From Candidatus Harpocratesius repetitus (lineage in GTDB: Archaea; Asgardarchaeota; Lokiarchaeia; Sigyniarchaeales; Promethearchaeaceae), in the NCBI GenBank assembly GCA_021498095.1, contig JAIZWK010000001.1, positions 1,350,001 through 1,382,000 on the forward strand: DNA of 32,000 bases. The letters are read 5' to 3'. A program made the translations under genes and the position numbers. Positions 1 through 10,200 of the stretch are shown one piece after another; the first letter of the stretch is position 1; each line of letters begins with the position of its first letter. The notes beneath the pieces are model-generated. The model did not search any database, was not told where the DNA came from, and saw only the letters and a program-made list of their open reading frames with translations.

Positions 1-1
1 T

Positions 2-1783
2 CTTGAACGTTTAGAATATAGGGGTTATGATTCTGCAGGCATTGCTATGGTCAATAAAGGTCACATAGAAGTGCGTAAAAAAGCAGGTCGAATAGCAGAT
101 ATCAATAAAGATGGATGGCTTGATTCTACTCCAGGAACATTTGGAGTTGCTCACACAAGATGGGCTACTCATGGAAAACCTGTATATAATAATGCACACC
201 CTCATGTGGATTGTACAGGCAAAATCGCTTTGGTACATAATGGAATCATTGAAAATTATCAAGATTTACGCAAAGAATTAGCGATGCGTGGGCATGCCTT
301 TCAATCTGATACTGATACTGAAGTATTTCCTCACTTAATTGAAGAATTCATGGGAAAAGGATTTGACTTAAAAGATTCAGTAATGGAAGCTGTAAAACGT
401 TGCAAAGGTGCTTATGGGATTGTTGTGATTCATGCTGATAATCCAGATTATATGGTTGTGGCGCGAAAAGAATCTCCTTTGGTTATAGGAATTATTCCCG
501 GAAAAACAACTTTCTGTGCTTCAGATATTCCTGCATTTTTACCTTTAACTCGAGAAGCAATTGTTTTGGATGATAATGAAATTGCCGTTTTACGACCTGG
601 TGAAGTGGAAATCTATCGGGTTAAATCGGGTGAAAGAATTCAAAATAATCATTTCCAAGTTAATTATAGCATAGATGCTGCTCAAAAAGTGCTCGATGGA
701 AAAGCCTACAAATGGTTTATGCATAAAGAATTGCATGAAGTTCCCAGAAAAATTCGTGATCAAATGAGTATGACTCAAGATCGCTTAGATTCTTTTGCCC
801 AAGCCATTTTAGATGCAGACCATGTGTTTATAACTGCTGCAGGTACCGCTTTTTATGCTGCTTTAGCTGGAAAATTTCAAATGACCCGGTTTGGGGGACC
901 TTATATACAAGCAATTTTGTGTTCTGAATTTATAGATGCTGTTCCAGAAATGAAACCAAATTCTTTAGTAATTGCGGTATCTCAATCGGGTGAAACTGCA
1001 GATACCATCGAGGCGGTTCGTTATGCGCGCGAAAAATTCGGTGCGAAAATTTGCTCTATTGTGAATGTGGTAGGATCATCGTTAACACGCTATTCAGATG
1101 AAGTTATTATTACTACTGCTGGACCTGAAATCGCTGTTGCTTCCCAAAAAGCTTATTGCACACAAATCACAGCGATGAGTTTGGTTGCATTGCGCATTGC
1201 AGAGTTAAGTCACAAATATGATCCGGCTCAAATTGAAGCGTTTCGTAAAGCTTTACTTGATACTGCGGATGTAATTGATCATTTAATTATTGAAGAAGGA
1301 AAAATCCGAGAAATTGGGCTTAAAATTGCACATGCCGATAACATTTATTTTCTTGCACGTGGATTGGGGCAGGCAGCATCCTTGGAAGGAGCGCTTAAAT
1401 TAAAAGAGATTGCTTATATTCATACTGAAGCGTATGCTGCAGGTGAATCAAAACACGGTCCAATTGCACTGATTGAAGAGGGTTTTCCGATTGTTTTTGT
1501 AGCAATTCCTGATCAAACTTATGATCGTCTTATCGGAAATATTATGGAAATGAAGAGTAGGGGTGGAATGATAATATCAGTAGTTGCTGATTATGATTCA
1601 AAAGTTACTGAAATTTCGGATTACACTATTAGAATTCCCATAGCGAATTCACCAGAAGCTATAGCTATGGCGGCTGTTCCTTTTGCATTTGTTTTACAAA
1701 CTATGGCTTATTTCATCGCTGATTCTAAAGGTCTTGATCCAGATAAACCCCGTAATTTGGCGAAAAGTGTTACAGTAAAATAA
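2..1783 (+). CDS. glmS: Glutamine--fructose-6-phosphate aminotransferase (isomerizing), 5' end outside the window
   Basis: The frame is open from nt 2 and reads [15 protein letters not shown] before the track's Met at 47, so the true start (with the catalytic Cys1) lies upstream. Motifs: [48 protein letters not shown]-terminal PRNLAKSVT. Confidence 0.97.
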   Translation, partial: LERLEYRGYDSAGIAMVNKGHIEVRKKAGRIADINKDGWLDSTPGTFGVAHTRWATHGKPVYNNAHPHVDCTGKIALVHNGIIENYQDLRKELAMRGHAFQSDTDTEVFPHLIEEFMGKGFDLKDSVMEAVKRCKGAYGIVVIHADNPDYMVVARKESPLVIGIIPGKTTFCASDIPAFLPLTREAIVLDDNEIAVLRPGEVEIYRVKSGERIQNNHFQVNYSIDAAQKVLDGKAYKWFMHKELHEVPRKIRDQMSMTQDRLDSFAQAILDADHVFITAAGTAFYAALAGKFQMTRFGGPYIQAILCSEFIDAVPEMKPNSLVIAVSQSGETADTIEAVRYAREKFGAKICSIVNVVGSSLTRYSDEVIITTAGPEIAVASQKAYCTQITAMSLVALRIAELSHKYDPAQIEAFRKALLDTADVIDHLIIEEGKIREIGLKIAHADNIYFLARGLGQAASLEGALKLKEIAYIHTEAYAAGESKHGPIALIEEGFPIVFVAIPDQTYDRLIGNIMEMKSRGGMIISVVADYDSKVTEISDYTIRIPIANSPEAIAMAAVPFAFVLQTMAYFIADSKGLDPDKPRNLAKSVTVK

Positions 1784-1817
1784 AAAATTTTTTGTATTTT
1801 CTCATTTTATCTCGATT

Positions 1818-4634
1818 ATGCAACCAGTATATGAACCGCAAAAAATTGAAGTCAAATGGCAAAAACGGTGGACCGACTCCAAAGTCTTTGAAGTAGAAAA
1901 AGACCCATCCAAGCCAAAATTCTATGTATTAGAGATGTATCCCTATCCATCAGGAAAACTACATTTAGGGCATCTAAGGAATTATACTATTGGAGATACA
2001 TTTGCTCGATATAAACGGATGAAAGGATTCAATGTTCTATATCCAATGGGTTATGATTCTTTTGGGCTTCCTGCTGAAATTGCTGCTATCAAGAAAGGAA
2101 CACCTCCAGAGGTTACGACACGCGCTAATATCGCTAGTATTAAAGCTGACCAAAAAAGAATTGGATTTAGTTATGATTGGCGTCGTGAAGTTTCATCCAT
2201 TGAAGAGAAATATTATAAGTGGAATCAATGGATGTTTCTCAAGATGTACGAGCGCGGTTTAGCATATCGTAAAGAATCTTTGGTAAATTGGTGTCCTGGC
2301 TGTAATTCGGTTTTAGCTAATGAGCAGGTAATTAATGGAAAATGTTGGCGCTGTAAAACTGATGTTGAACCTAAATTTCTGTCTCAATGGTTTTTCAAGA
2401 TTAGAGAATACGCTGATGAACTCCTATCTGGATTAGATAGCTTGAACTGGCCGGAAAAGGTAAAAATTATGCAGCGTAATTGGATTGGGCGCAGCGAAGG
2501 AACCACCGTTGATTTTCAAGTGGAAGGAACTGATCAAACTTTAAGTATATTTACCACTCGAGTTGATACAATTTTCGGAGTTACTTTTATGACGATGGCT
2601 GCAGAGCATCCGTGGTGTAAAGATTGGGTGAAGGGTACGGAATATGAAGAAGAATACAATGAATTTTACCAAGAGGTTTTGAAACAAGATCGATACGAGC
2701 GAATGTCCGAAGAAACTGAGAAAAAGGGTGTGTTTTTAGGGAAATATGCGATAAATCCGTTAAATGGTGATAAAATTCCAATTTATGCCGGGAATTTTGT
2801 AATCTATGATTATGGTGCTGGTGCGGTAATGGCTGTGCCTGCTCATGATCAACGAGACTTTGAATTTGCGAAAAAATATAACATTCCAATAAAAGTCGTA
2901 ATTCAACCATTTGATGGATTTAAGTTGAATGGAGAAAAAATGTCCCGTGCTTTTGTTGAAGATGGAATCTTAGATAATTCGGGTGAATTCTCTGGAATGG
3001 AAAATCGCTCTGCAATTAAGGCAATTGCAGCAAAACTACAGGAGATTAAGAAAGGTGGTCCTACAGTTAATTATAAAATTCGTGATTGGTTAATTTCCCG
3101 CCAGCGATATTGGGGAACTCCTATACCAATAATTTATTGTGAGAAATGTGGGATTGTTCCTGTCCCATACACCGAGCTGCCTGTAAAATTACCTAATGAT
3201 GCTGTTTTTGGAAAATCTGGTAATCCTTTAGAACACAGTCCCACTTTTATGAATGTATCATGTCCCAAATGTGGAGGTAAAGCACGGAGAGAGACTGATA
3301 CAATGGATACCTTTGTTGATTCTTCATGGTATTTCTTCCGATATACAAGCCCTTTTTCAGAAGATGTACCTTATGAAAAGGATGATGTGGAATATTGGGC
3401 ACCGGTAGATCAATATATTGGGGGAATAGAGCATGCAATCCTTCATTTATTATATGCGCGCTTTTTTACAAAAGTAAGTCGTGATTTAGGATTACATTCG
3501 ATTGATGAGCCATTTAAAGCCCTCCTTACTCAAGGAATGATAAATAAGGCTCATCCATATTGTGAGTATTGTGACAAATTTCTTCCTGCTGCATTTGATA
3601 AAGATGGAAAATGGGAAGGTGATTACGATCCAGAGACTCAAACATGTAATACATGCGGCAAAAAATATATCTTGAAATCTGCAAAAATGTCTAAAAGTTT
3701 GGGAAATACCGTATCTCCCAAAGGAATAATTGAAGAGTTTGGAGCAGATACTGCTCGTTTCTTTATGATGCATGGTGCTAATCCAGAAAAAGAATTGGAA
3801 TGGTCTGATGCAAATTGCAGTTCAGATCATAAAATTCTGACGAGAATATGGCAATTACTCACTCAAAGTGTTAATGAATTTCGTGAAATCCCAGATGTCT
3901 ATGATGAATTTATAAGATTTCGTTTAAATCGGATGGTAAAAATTGTAACTGAAAATTATGAACAAATGCTAATCCGGGATGCTTTAAATGAAATCATCAG
4001 CTTTGCTGAGATTTTGCGAAGCTATGCAGCTATTCACCCATTGAAATCTTTATATGAAGAGGCAAAAGAAAAATTAATTCTAATGCTTGCACCAATTGTT
4101 CCTCATATGTGCGAAGAACTTTGGCAAATTCACGGGCATTCAGAAATGATTGCTTTAGCTTCATGGCCAAAATATGATAGCGAATTAATTTCCCCTGAAA
4201 TAGAAAAACACTGGCTTTGTTATGATAATGTTGTGGAAGATATTAAGAATATCCAAAAAATATTGAAGAACACCGCTAAAGAAGTCAAAATTATTATTGC
4301 AGCGGATTGGAAGAATGAATTTATGCAGAAAATGTTGAAAGAAGTACTTGATGGTAAAAACTTTGGTGTACTAATGAAAATCGCGATGAGTAATGCTGAT
4401 TGGAAACCCTATGGAAAAATGGTAAAAGGATTTATTCAAAAACTATCCCGAAATCCTGGTAAATATTCTGTTCCTTTTAAGTCTCAGATAGATGAGTATA
4501 ATTTCTTAAAAGAAAATTCTATATTGCTTGAACGAGAATTAGGAATGAAGATTCAAGTATTTCAAGAAGAAAAAGCAGAAGATAAGAAAAAATCACAAGC
4601 TTTACCTGGAAAACCTGCGATTATCCTTCAGTAA
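1818..4634 (+). CDS. leuS: Leucyl-tRNA synthetase, bacterial-type catalytic core with archaeal-type C-terminal domain
   Basis: [13 protein letters not shown] (HIGH-like), [21 protein letters not shown]1 editing motifs FTTRVDT and [53 protein letters not shown]; ends [12 protein letters not shown]. Confidence 0.97.
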   Translation: MQPVYEPQKIEVKWQKRWTDSKVFEVEKDPSKPKFYVLEMYPYPSGKLHLGHLRNYTIGDTFARYKRMKGFNVLYPMGYDSFGLPAEIAAIKKGTPPEVTTRANIASIKADQKRIGFSYDWRREVSSIEEKYYKWNQWMFLKMYERGLAYRKESLVNWCPGCNSVLANEQVINGKCWRCKTDVEPKFLSQWFFKIREYADELLSGLDSLNWPEKVKIMQRNWIGRSEGTTVDFQVEGTDQTLSIFTTRVDTIFGVTFMTMAAEHPWCKDWVKGTEYEEEYNEFYQEVLKQDRYERMSEETEKKGVFLGKYAINPLNGDKIPIYAGNFVIYDYGAGAVMAVPAHDQRDFEFAKKYNIPIKVVIQPFDGFKLNGEKMSRAFVEDGILDNSGEFSGMENRSAIKAIAAKLQEIKKGGPTVNYKIRDWLISRQRYWGTPIPIIYCEKCGIVPVPYTELPVKLPNDAVFGKSGNPLEHSPTFMNVSCPKCGGKARRETDTMDTFVDSSWYFFRYTSPFSEDVPYEKDDVEYWAPVDQYIGGIEHAILHLLYARFFTKVSRDLGLHSIDEPFKALLTQGMINKAHPYCEYCDKFLPAAFDKDGKWEGDYDPETQTCNTCGKKYILKSAKMSKSLGNTVSPKGIIEEFGADTARFFMMHGANPEKELEWSDANCSSDHKILTRIWQLLTQSVNEFREIPDVYDEFIRFRLNRMVKIVTENYEQMLIRDALNEIISFAEILRSYAAIHPLKSLYEEAKEKLILMLAPIVPHMCEELWQIHGHSEMIALASWPKYDSELISPEIEKHWLCYDNVVEDIKNIQKILKNTAKEVKIIIAADWKNEFMQKMLKEVLDGKNFGVLMKIAMSNADWKPYGKMVKGFIQKLSRNPGKYSVPFKSQIDEYNFLKENSILLERELGMKIQVFQEEKAEDKKKSQALPGKPAIILQ

Positions 4635-4655
4635 ATCGTTAAATCGTTAAATAAA

Positions 4656-4675
4656 TTTTTTTTTTACGTTTTTTT
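4656..4675 (+). terminator. Oligo-T tracts, likely archaeal intrinsic terminator for glmS-leuS
   Basis: T10 (4656-4665) and T7 (4669-4675) shortly after the leuS stop, in the gap to a convergent gene. Confidence 0.55.
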
Positions 4676-4684
4676 CATCCTTTT

Positions 4685-5278
4685 TCATCCAGTAATTTCA
4701 ACCACTTCGCTTCCGCGTGTGTGGAATTTGGCATCCAAATAGATTAGTAATCCATGACCTCCATGTTGGAATACTATAGAAACAGGAAAACTGGTTGCAT
4801 TTTCAATTAAAGTTTTTCTCACACAAACATAATAATTTTCTTGACATATTGGACATTTACTTTGAATCCATTTTATTCGATTTTTTTGAGCATTTTCAAT
4901 ATTTGATTTCATTGTGCTTTTAAAGCCTTCGAAAATATTTGTCATTCCCGAAAAAAAATTTTGGTAAATAGCCCCATAAGAATTGAAAAATTGTTCTATA
5001 CATTCTTCCAATATCGCTTCCATCATTTGATATTGAATTTCAACATCTGCCATGATAAAGAAGATAATTCCTCGATCTTTAATGAAAACCATTCGTCTGT
5101 TTGGTTTTTCAATATGTAAAAAGAATTTTTCTTTAGCCATTTTTCTTGCTGCTTCAATATCCATTGGAAATACGTTTGTAGTTGGGCTGGTCCATCTGAC
5201 AAAATTAGTATTTGTGTCTAATCCAATATCTATGCATAATATTGAATTTTGAAGGTGTTCATAACTAGCTAGTGGCAA
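4685..5278 (-). CDS. Hypothetical protein; possible longin/roadblock-like N-domain plus C-terminal CxxC...HxxH domain
   Basis: 197-aa ORF with TTG start and protein-like composition. The N-part alternates beta strands and amphipathic helices; the C-part is CPICQENYYVCV...FQHGGHGLLIYLDAKFHTRGSE. Fold is judged by eye only. Confidence 0.7.
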   Translation of the reverse strand: MPLASYEHLQNSILCIDIGLDTNTNFVRWTSPTTNVFPMDIEAARKMAKEKFFLHIEKPNRRMVFIKDRGIIFFIMADVEIQYQMMEAILEECIEQFFNSYGAIYQNFFSGMTNIFEGFKSTMKSNIENAQKNRIKWIQSKCPICQENYYVCVRKTLIENATSFPVSIVFQHGGHGLLIYLDAKFHTRGSEVVEITG

Positions 5279-5359
5279 TATTTATCCCTTTTTGTTTTTT
5301 GATAAATTAATTTATAATTATAGTTATTTAAGCATAAAAAAAAATGTAGCTGTTTTTAA

Positions 5360-5938
5360 TTAGGAGTCAAGAGTCTCTTCGATTTCAATTACTCTTTTTA
5401 GTTTCAAGTATATTTTCTGTTCTTTTAAGTAATCTTCATCTGAAATTTTTCCATCTGCATAATCTCTATCAATTGCATCCATTTTTTTTCGTAAAGCGGT
5501 TAATTTTTTTCTTTTTGCAGCTGTTTGTTTTCGTCGTTGGGCTTTGTGATAATTCGTAATTGCATCTTTAACTAGCTTTGCAACTTTTTTATTAGGATCA
5601 TTAACTGCTTTTTCTAAATGTGGAAGTGCAATTTTTAATTGATCTGGATTAGATTTACTTAATTCGAGTAAATTTTCTGCTACTTTTAATCGTTCTTCTA
5701 ATAAAGGGCTTGAAAGAGATTCTATTAATTTTGGAATTGCAACATTTTCTAAAATATCATCTAAATATGCTTCTACTTCAGAAACTAGTTTTTTAGGAAA
5801 TTCTTTTTTATACATTGGGATACGTTTATCTTTCATAACACCTATAAAAAGTAAGGGCATTTCTGCATCCCAATCCTTCATTTTTTCCTTTTCTACTAAT
5901 TGTAGAATTCTTCCATCATCTGTTCTAAAGATTTTCAT
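5360..5938 (-). CDS. HEAT-repeat / coiled-coil protein with SHOCT-like C-terminus
   Basis: Two HEAT-like units (AIPKLIESLSSPLLEERLKVAENL; ALPHLEKAVNDPNKKVAKLVKDAI), a basic coiled coil, then IDRDYADGKISDEDYLKEQK. Its start overlaps the top6A stop (ATGA at 5938-5935). Confidence 0.75.
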   Translation of the reverse strand: MKIFRTDDGRILQLVEKEKMKDWDAEMPLLFIGVMKDKRIPMYKKEFPKKLVSEVEAYLDDILENVAIPKLIESLSSPLLEERLKVAENLLELSKSNPDQLKIALPHLEKAVNDPNKKVAKLVKDAITNYHKAQRRKQTAAKRKKLTALRKKMDAIDRDYADGKISDEDYLKEQKIYLKLKRVIEIEETLDS

Positions 5939-7200
5939 ATCCAGTCTCCAGAATAAAGTTTATTTGGTAAATATGTATCAGTTAGGTATTCAATTCCATG
6001 AGAAGATAGCGCTTGTATTTCTGCTTTCATTTTTGTTTTCTTCATTAGTTCTAAATCTTCTTTCCATTTTTTATTTGATTGTACATACGGTTCAGCTATT
6101 ATATCATCTAATCTTTTCATGTCTACTTTGTTCATAGGAATACGGCAGCTATAATCTACACCATATTCATCTAAATCTCTAGAAAGTACACCTAAAAGGT
6201 GCATATCAGGAGTTGCTAAGAAAGGCGATTCATAGGACAGTCGTTTTGAACCACGAATATAAACTGAATAAATATAATGTCCATATGGATCTGCATCAAC
6301 AACACAGTAAGTAGGAAGGCGAAGATCTCTATTAATTTTCTTTAAAAACATACGCGTTGCTACATTTCCTACTCCTTCAGCTGTTAATGCAATACATGGA
6401 TATTTTCGCCACCATTTTTCTTCAATAATTCGCATCATTGCAGCATCTTTTTCTAAAACTAAGATAAATTCTGCATCTGATTCAATCACTTCTACTTGAT
6501 CAATCATTGGAGTAATTGACCAAGATCCTGAACCTTGGGCATCTAAATCGATAATTTCATTACCATCTTTAAGTCGCAACCGTCCAACAGCAGAACCTCG
6601 TGCTTTTGCTACGATTCCAGTAGAATTTCGTGTTGTTTTTAATAATGTTGATGCATCTTCAATACTTGCATCACTAAATTTTTGATCTTGAAAAAGATTA
6701 ACATCACCATAGTAAACTTCACGTTTTGTCATATGTTTCCTTTTTCGTAGCAATTCATGAATAATTTCCAGAACTTTCATTAAGCGAGCAGTTTCTTGAG
6801 CTGATGTTAAGGTTAGTAATGATTTATTTGTCGTTTTATGCCCTAGTAATAAAAGATCTTGTTTTTCATCATAAATAATATTAGATGCAGTTCGGCTGGG
6901 AATTTTAAAAGTAGGATATCCTGTTATTTTAATCTGATTGACTAGATCTAAAGCAACTTCGTTTATTCTATTTAATGCTTCATTCATGGATAATTCATCA
7001 ATTTTAACTGATTTCGGCGGTATTTCATATGTAGTTGCACCACCTTCTTTTAGCCTTTCTTCTAAAAGTCTTCGAACAGGAAGTAAATCTTTCATTTCTA
7101 AGTTTTCTTTTAATTCACGGAGTGGAGTAACTACTTTAGATTTTGCTTTCGCTTTTGTCTTTCGTGGTGTTTTTCTCCGTTTTGAGTTCTTTTTTGCCAT
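5935..7200 (-). CDS. top6A: DNA topoisomerase VI subunit A (Spo11 homolog)
   Basis: TKREVYY (catalytic Tyr region), TOPRIM motifs LVLEKDAA and VDADPYG, C-terminal KAEIQAL...YLPNKL. Confidence 0.96.
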   Translation of the reverse strand: MAKKNSKRRKTPRKTKAKAKSKVVTPLRELKENLEMKDLLPVRRLLEERLKEGGATTYEIPPKSVKIDELSMNEALNRINEVALDLVNQIKITGYPTFKIPSRTASNIIYDEKQDLLLLGHKTTNKSLLTLTSAQETARLMKVLEIIHELLRKRKHMTKREVYYGDVNLFQDQKFSDASIEDASTLLKTTRNSTGIVAKARGSAVGRLRLKDGNEIIDLDAQGSGSWSITPMIDQVEVIESDAEFILVLEKDAAMMRIIEEKWWRKYPCIALTAEGVGNVATRMFLKKINRDLRLPTYCVVDADPYGHYIYSVYIRGSKRLSYESPFLATPDMHLLGVLSRDLDEYGVDYSCRIPMNKVDMKRLDDIIAEPYVQSNKKWKEDLELMKKTKMKAEIQALSSHGIEYLTDTYLPNKLYSGDWI

Positions 7201-7215
7201 TTGACTGCTATTCTC

Positions 7216-10200
7216 CTAATTTGGGTTAAGTTTCCAAAAAGTTCGTCCACCTTGAATTGTTAATAATAGTTTTTTTTCTCGAGTTAGTTGTTTTAGTTTT
7301 AATTGAAGATAGCGCGCATCTTTTACATCTTTGATATCTAAAAGTTTAATTAAATCTTTGATATTCAACCATTTGTGGTTCTTCATTGTTTGCAAGATTA
7401 AATCAGTTGTAATTACTCTAATTTTAGATTTTGGTTTTATTAGTTTTTTAGGTAATGATGCTTCGTTAACTTTCATTGATTGTGGGAGCATTCTCTGTTT
7501 TTTTTCTGAAATCTTTGATTTCGAAGTTATCTTCTGCGTTTTTTTTATTGATATTTTTTTCTTTGTCGTTCTTATTTCAGATTCTGATTGAGAGATCTGA
7601 TCTTTCAATTTTATTACTTTTTTACTTGATTTTTTCTTGTTTGATTTAGATTTCCACTGTTCAATGATTTCATCTACTTTTTGAACTGATTTTGGTGCAC
7701 TTGTTAATGAACTTTTATGATTTACTGCCTTTTTATTTGAAACAATATCAGCTTCTGTTGATTTTAGATGAGATTCGTTTACTTTAATTTTATTAATACC
7801 TTTTTCTTCTTGAAATTCGTTATTTGATTGTAATTCTATCGGTTTTTGCTGTTTTCGATGTTTTATCAATTCTGCTTTAATTTCTTCTGCAGATGGGCCA
7901 ATAAATTCTTCTTTTTTTTCTTCCAATTGTTCTGGAACTTCAAGTTTTCCTTCTAATCTTCTTTGAATTTGCACTTCTAATTCTTCACGTGTAGGCGCAT
8001 TTTCTGAATCTATGTTTTGTACAATATTTACTAAAGATGTCACAAAAATGGGAATATATTTCTCAATCACTTTTGAACGCTTTCTACGGTTTTCTCTTTT
8101 TTGTTTTCTGTTTTGATAATTTCTGATTTTTCTTCCAATGGTTTCTAAACAATACTTAATTTCTTTTAAGAGAACTTCGTCTTCAGCTAATGCATTTTTT
8201 GATTGAGATTTGAACATTAAATGAACATAAGGTCCTGAAACATTTACTAAGATACGGATTGAACCTTTTGGGATTCCATTATCAAATGTATCAAGTTTAT
8301 AGTTTTTCCAATTGACCATTTGACATCCTTTCCAAATAGCACAATCTGAATTATCTCTCATTTTTGGAGTTCTATTTACATATCGCATTAAAACTTGCTG
8401 GGCTGTTTTTGCTTGAGGTATTTTTGGACTAATTGCGATTCCAGCTTCGACCACAAATGCTAGACCTTTTCCACTGGTCGGAGGTCGAGTATGTCCATAT
8501 ATAAAATCTTCTTCAATATTATGTAAGACATCAAATTTTTGAAATAAATTACGATATTCTTCAATTTCTGCATTTATATCTTCAAGTAGTAAATCTTTAT
8601 ATGAAATTTCGTTCGAAAAGTACAGAGGTTGAAGAAATTTATATAATATTCTGTAAGAAAAATTCTGAGCTTCATTTTCACTTAGTGAAATAATTGTTTT
8701 TTCCAAATCATGAAATAAATCGGTTCGAAATGCAGGGTTTAAGTTAAACTCTTTAATTAATGTCGTTTCTAATACACTTGCTCCAATAGGAACTGCAGGA
8801 TCTGAAGGAGGGCTCATATATTTTTGGGCTTTAAATGATTTAAACAAAGCTTCTGTTTGTTTTTGAGTTAAAGAATTAGGTCGAGCATTTGAGATTAATA
8901 GTTCCTTAACACCTTCTTCTATTTTATCTGTAATACTTACATCAGTAACTTCATTAGATTCTCCTAAAACGAAATTTTTAACAACATTTGATAATGTTTT
9001 TTTCATTTTTCCTAATTGTTTCAAATCAGAAGTAATCTCTTTTTCTAAAGTGGATATTTTTTTCTTTTGGGCTGAAATTTCCTTTTTAATTGAGAGTGTA
9101 CTAATTTTTTTTGCGATTTTCTTTATTTGGCGATTTCTTTGTTTAATACTGTCTTTTATTTTATTATAAGATTTAACTATTTCCCAATATTGAGTAAGAT
9201 TGTCTTGATTATCGATATGATAAATTACCCATTTCTCTCTTGGTTTTTTCGCTCTTCCAAAAATTCGTTTTTCCTTTCGCGCAAAATAAATTTTTTCTAA
9301 TTCATTATGTGCCCATGTAATAATTCCATGTGATAAATTTAATAGATTTAATTCGCGCTCCAGTTCAATTTCTGCATTAAATAAAATATCCTTTGCCAGT
9401 CCTGAACTTAATCTAACAAAATTATCTTGCAAAAAAGCACTGAGTGTAAGTTTATTTGAAGTTCGTAATAAATCTTGAAAATCCCCTATGTTTACTGAAG
9501 AAGGATGAGGTAGAGCATAAGTTGGTTCGCGTGGAAATCTAGAAACTCTCCTTGGATAAATTTCTTCATTCCCATAAGGATCTAAAAATATAATTGTAAT
9601 ATGGGGGTTCGTCAGAGCAGTCATTTGAATATAAGAATCAATGAATCCTTTTCGATATTTGACATTAATATAATGTAATCTGATATAAGTTCCGTGTTCA
9701 AATGGACATTCGATTTCGGTAGGGGGGACTACATATTCTTTATTGTTTTTTGAAGTTGTGTAAAATTGCGAGCAAATTCCATATATGTGGTTGATATCTT
9801 TACTCACTACTGTTATCGGTTTACCTGTTGTATTTTGCGCATCGCTGAAAGCACTGGGTGATCCAAATCCTTGAGATCCACGAGTTTGTCTTAATTTTTG
9901 TGATTTACTTGAAGCAAGATATTTTCCAAATTTTTCTAAATCAATTGGTGCCATTCCTGTACCATTATCAAAAATTTCGAAATCATATTCAAAGACTTCT
10001 TTCTTTGTTTTTGATGAATCAGCAAAAACTTCTTGCGCTTCTTTTTCAGTAAGCTGAATAATGACAAATGGTTCACGTTCTACAAGTACTTGTATTGGAA
10101 AAATAAAGTTTTTAATCCCTTCCATAATATTTTGGACTTCTTGAGCCCTTTCTTCGTCTTTTTTCTGCAGAAATCTTAATTTTTTAGCTTCTTCATCATC

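Noticed and set aside
4664-4687. Selenocysteine read-through at TGA stops (197-aa gene, top6A, SepSecS)
   Set aside because: Read-through of the 197-aa gene hits TAA after a few codons, SepSecS hits another TGA two codons later, and the top6A TGA is a normal ATGA overlap at its conserved C-terminus.
4632-4690. Micro-repeats TAAATCGT x2 and TTTTTCATCC x2
   Set aside because: Very short duplications at stop codons in AT-rich terminator sequence; consistent with slippage, and no function can be supported.
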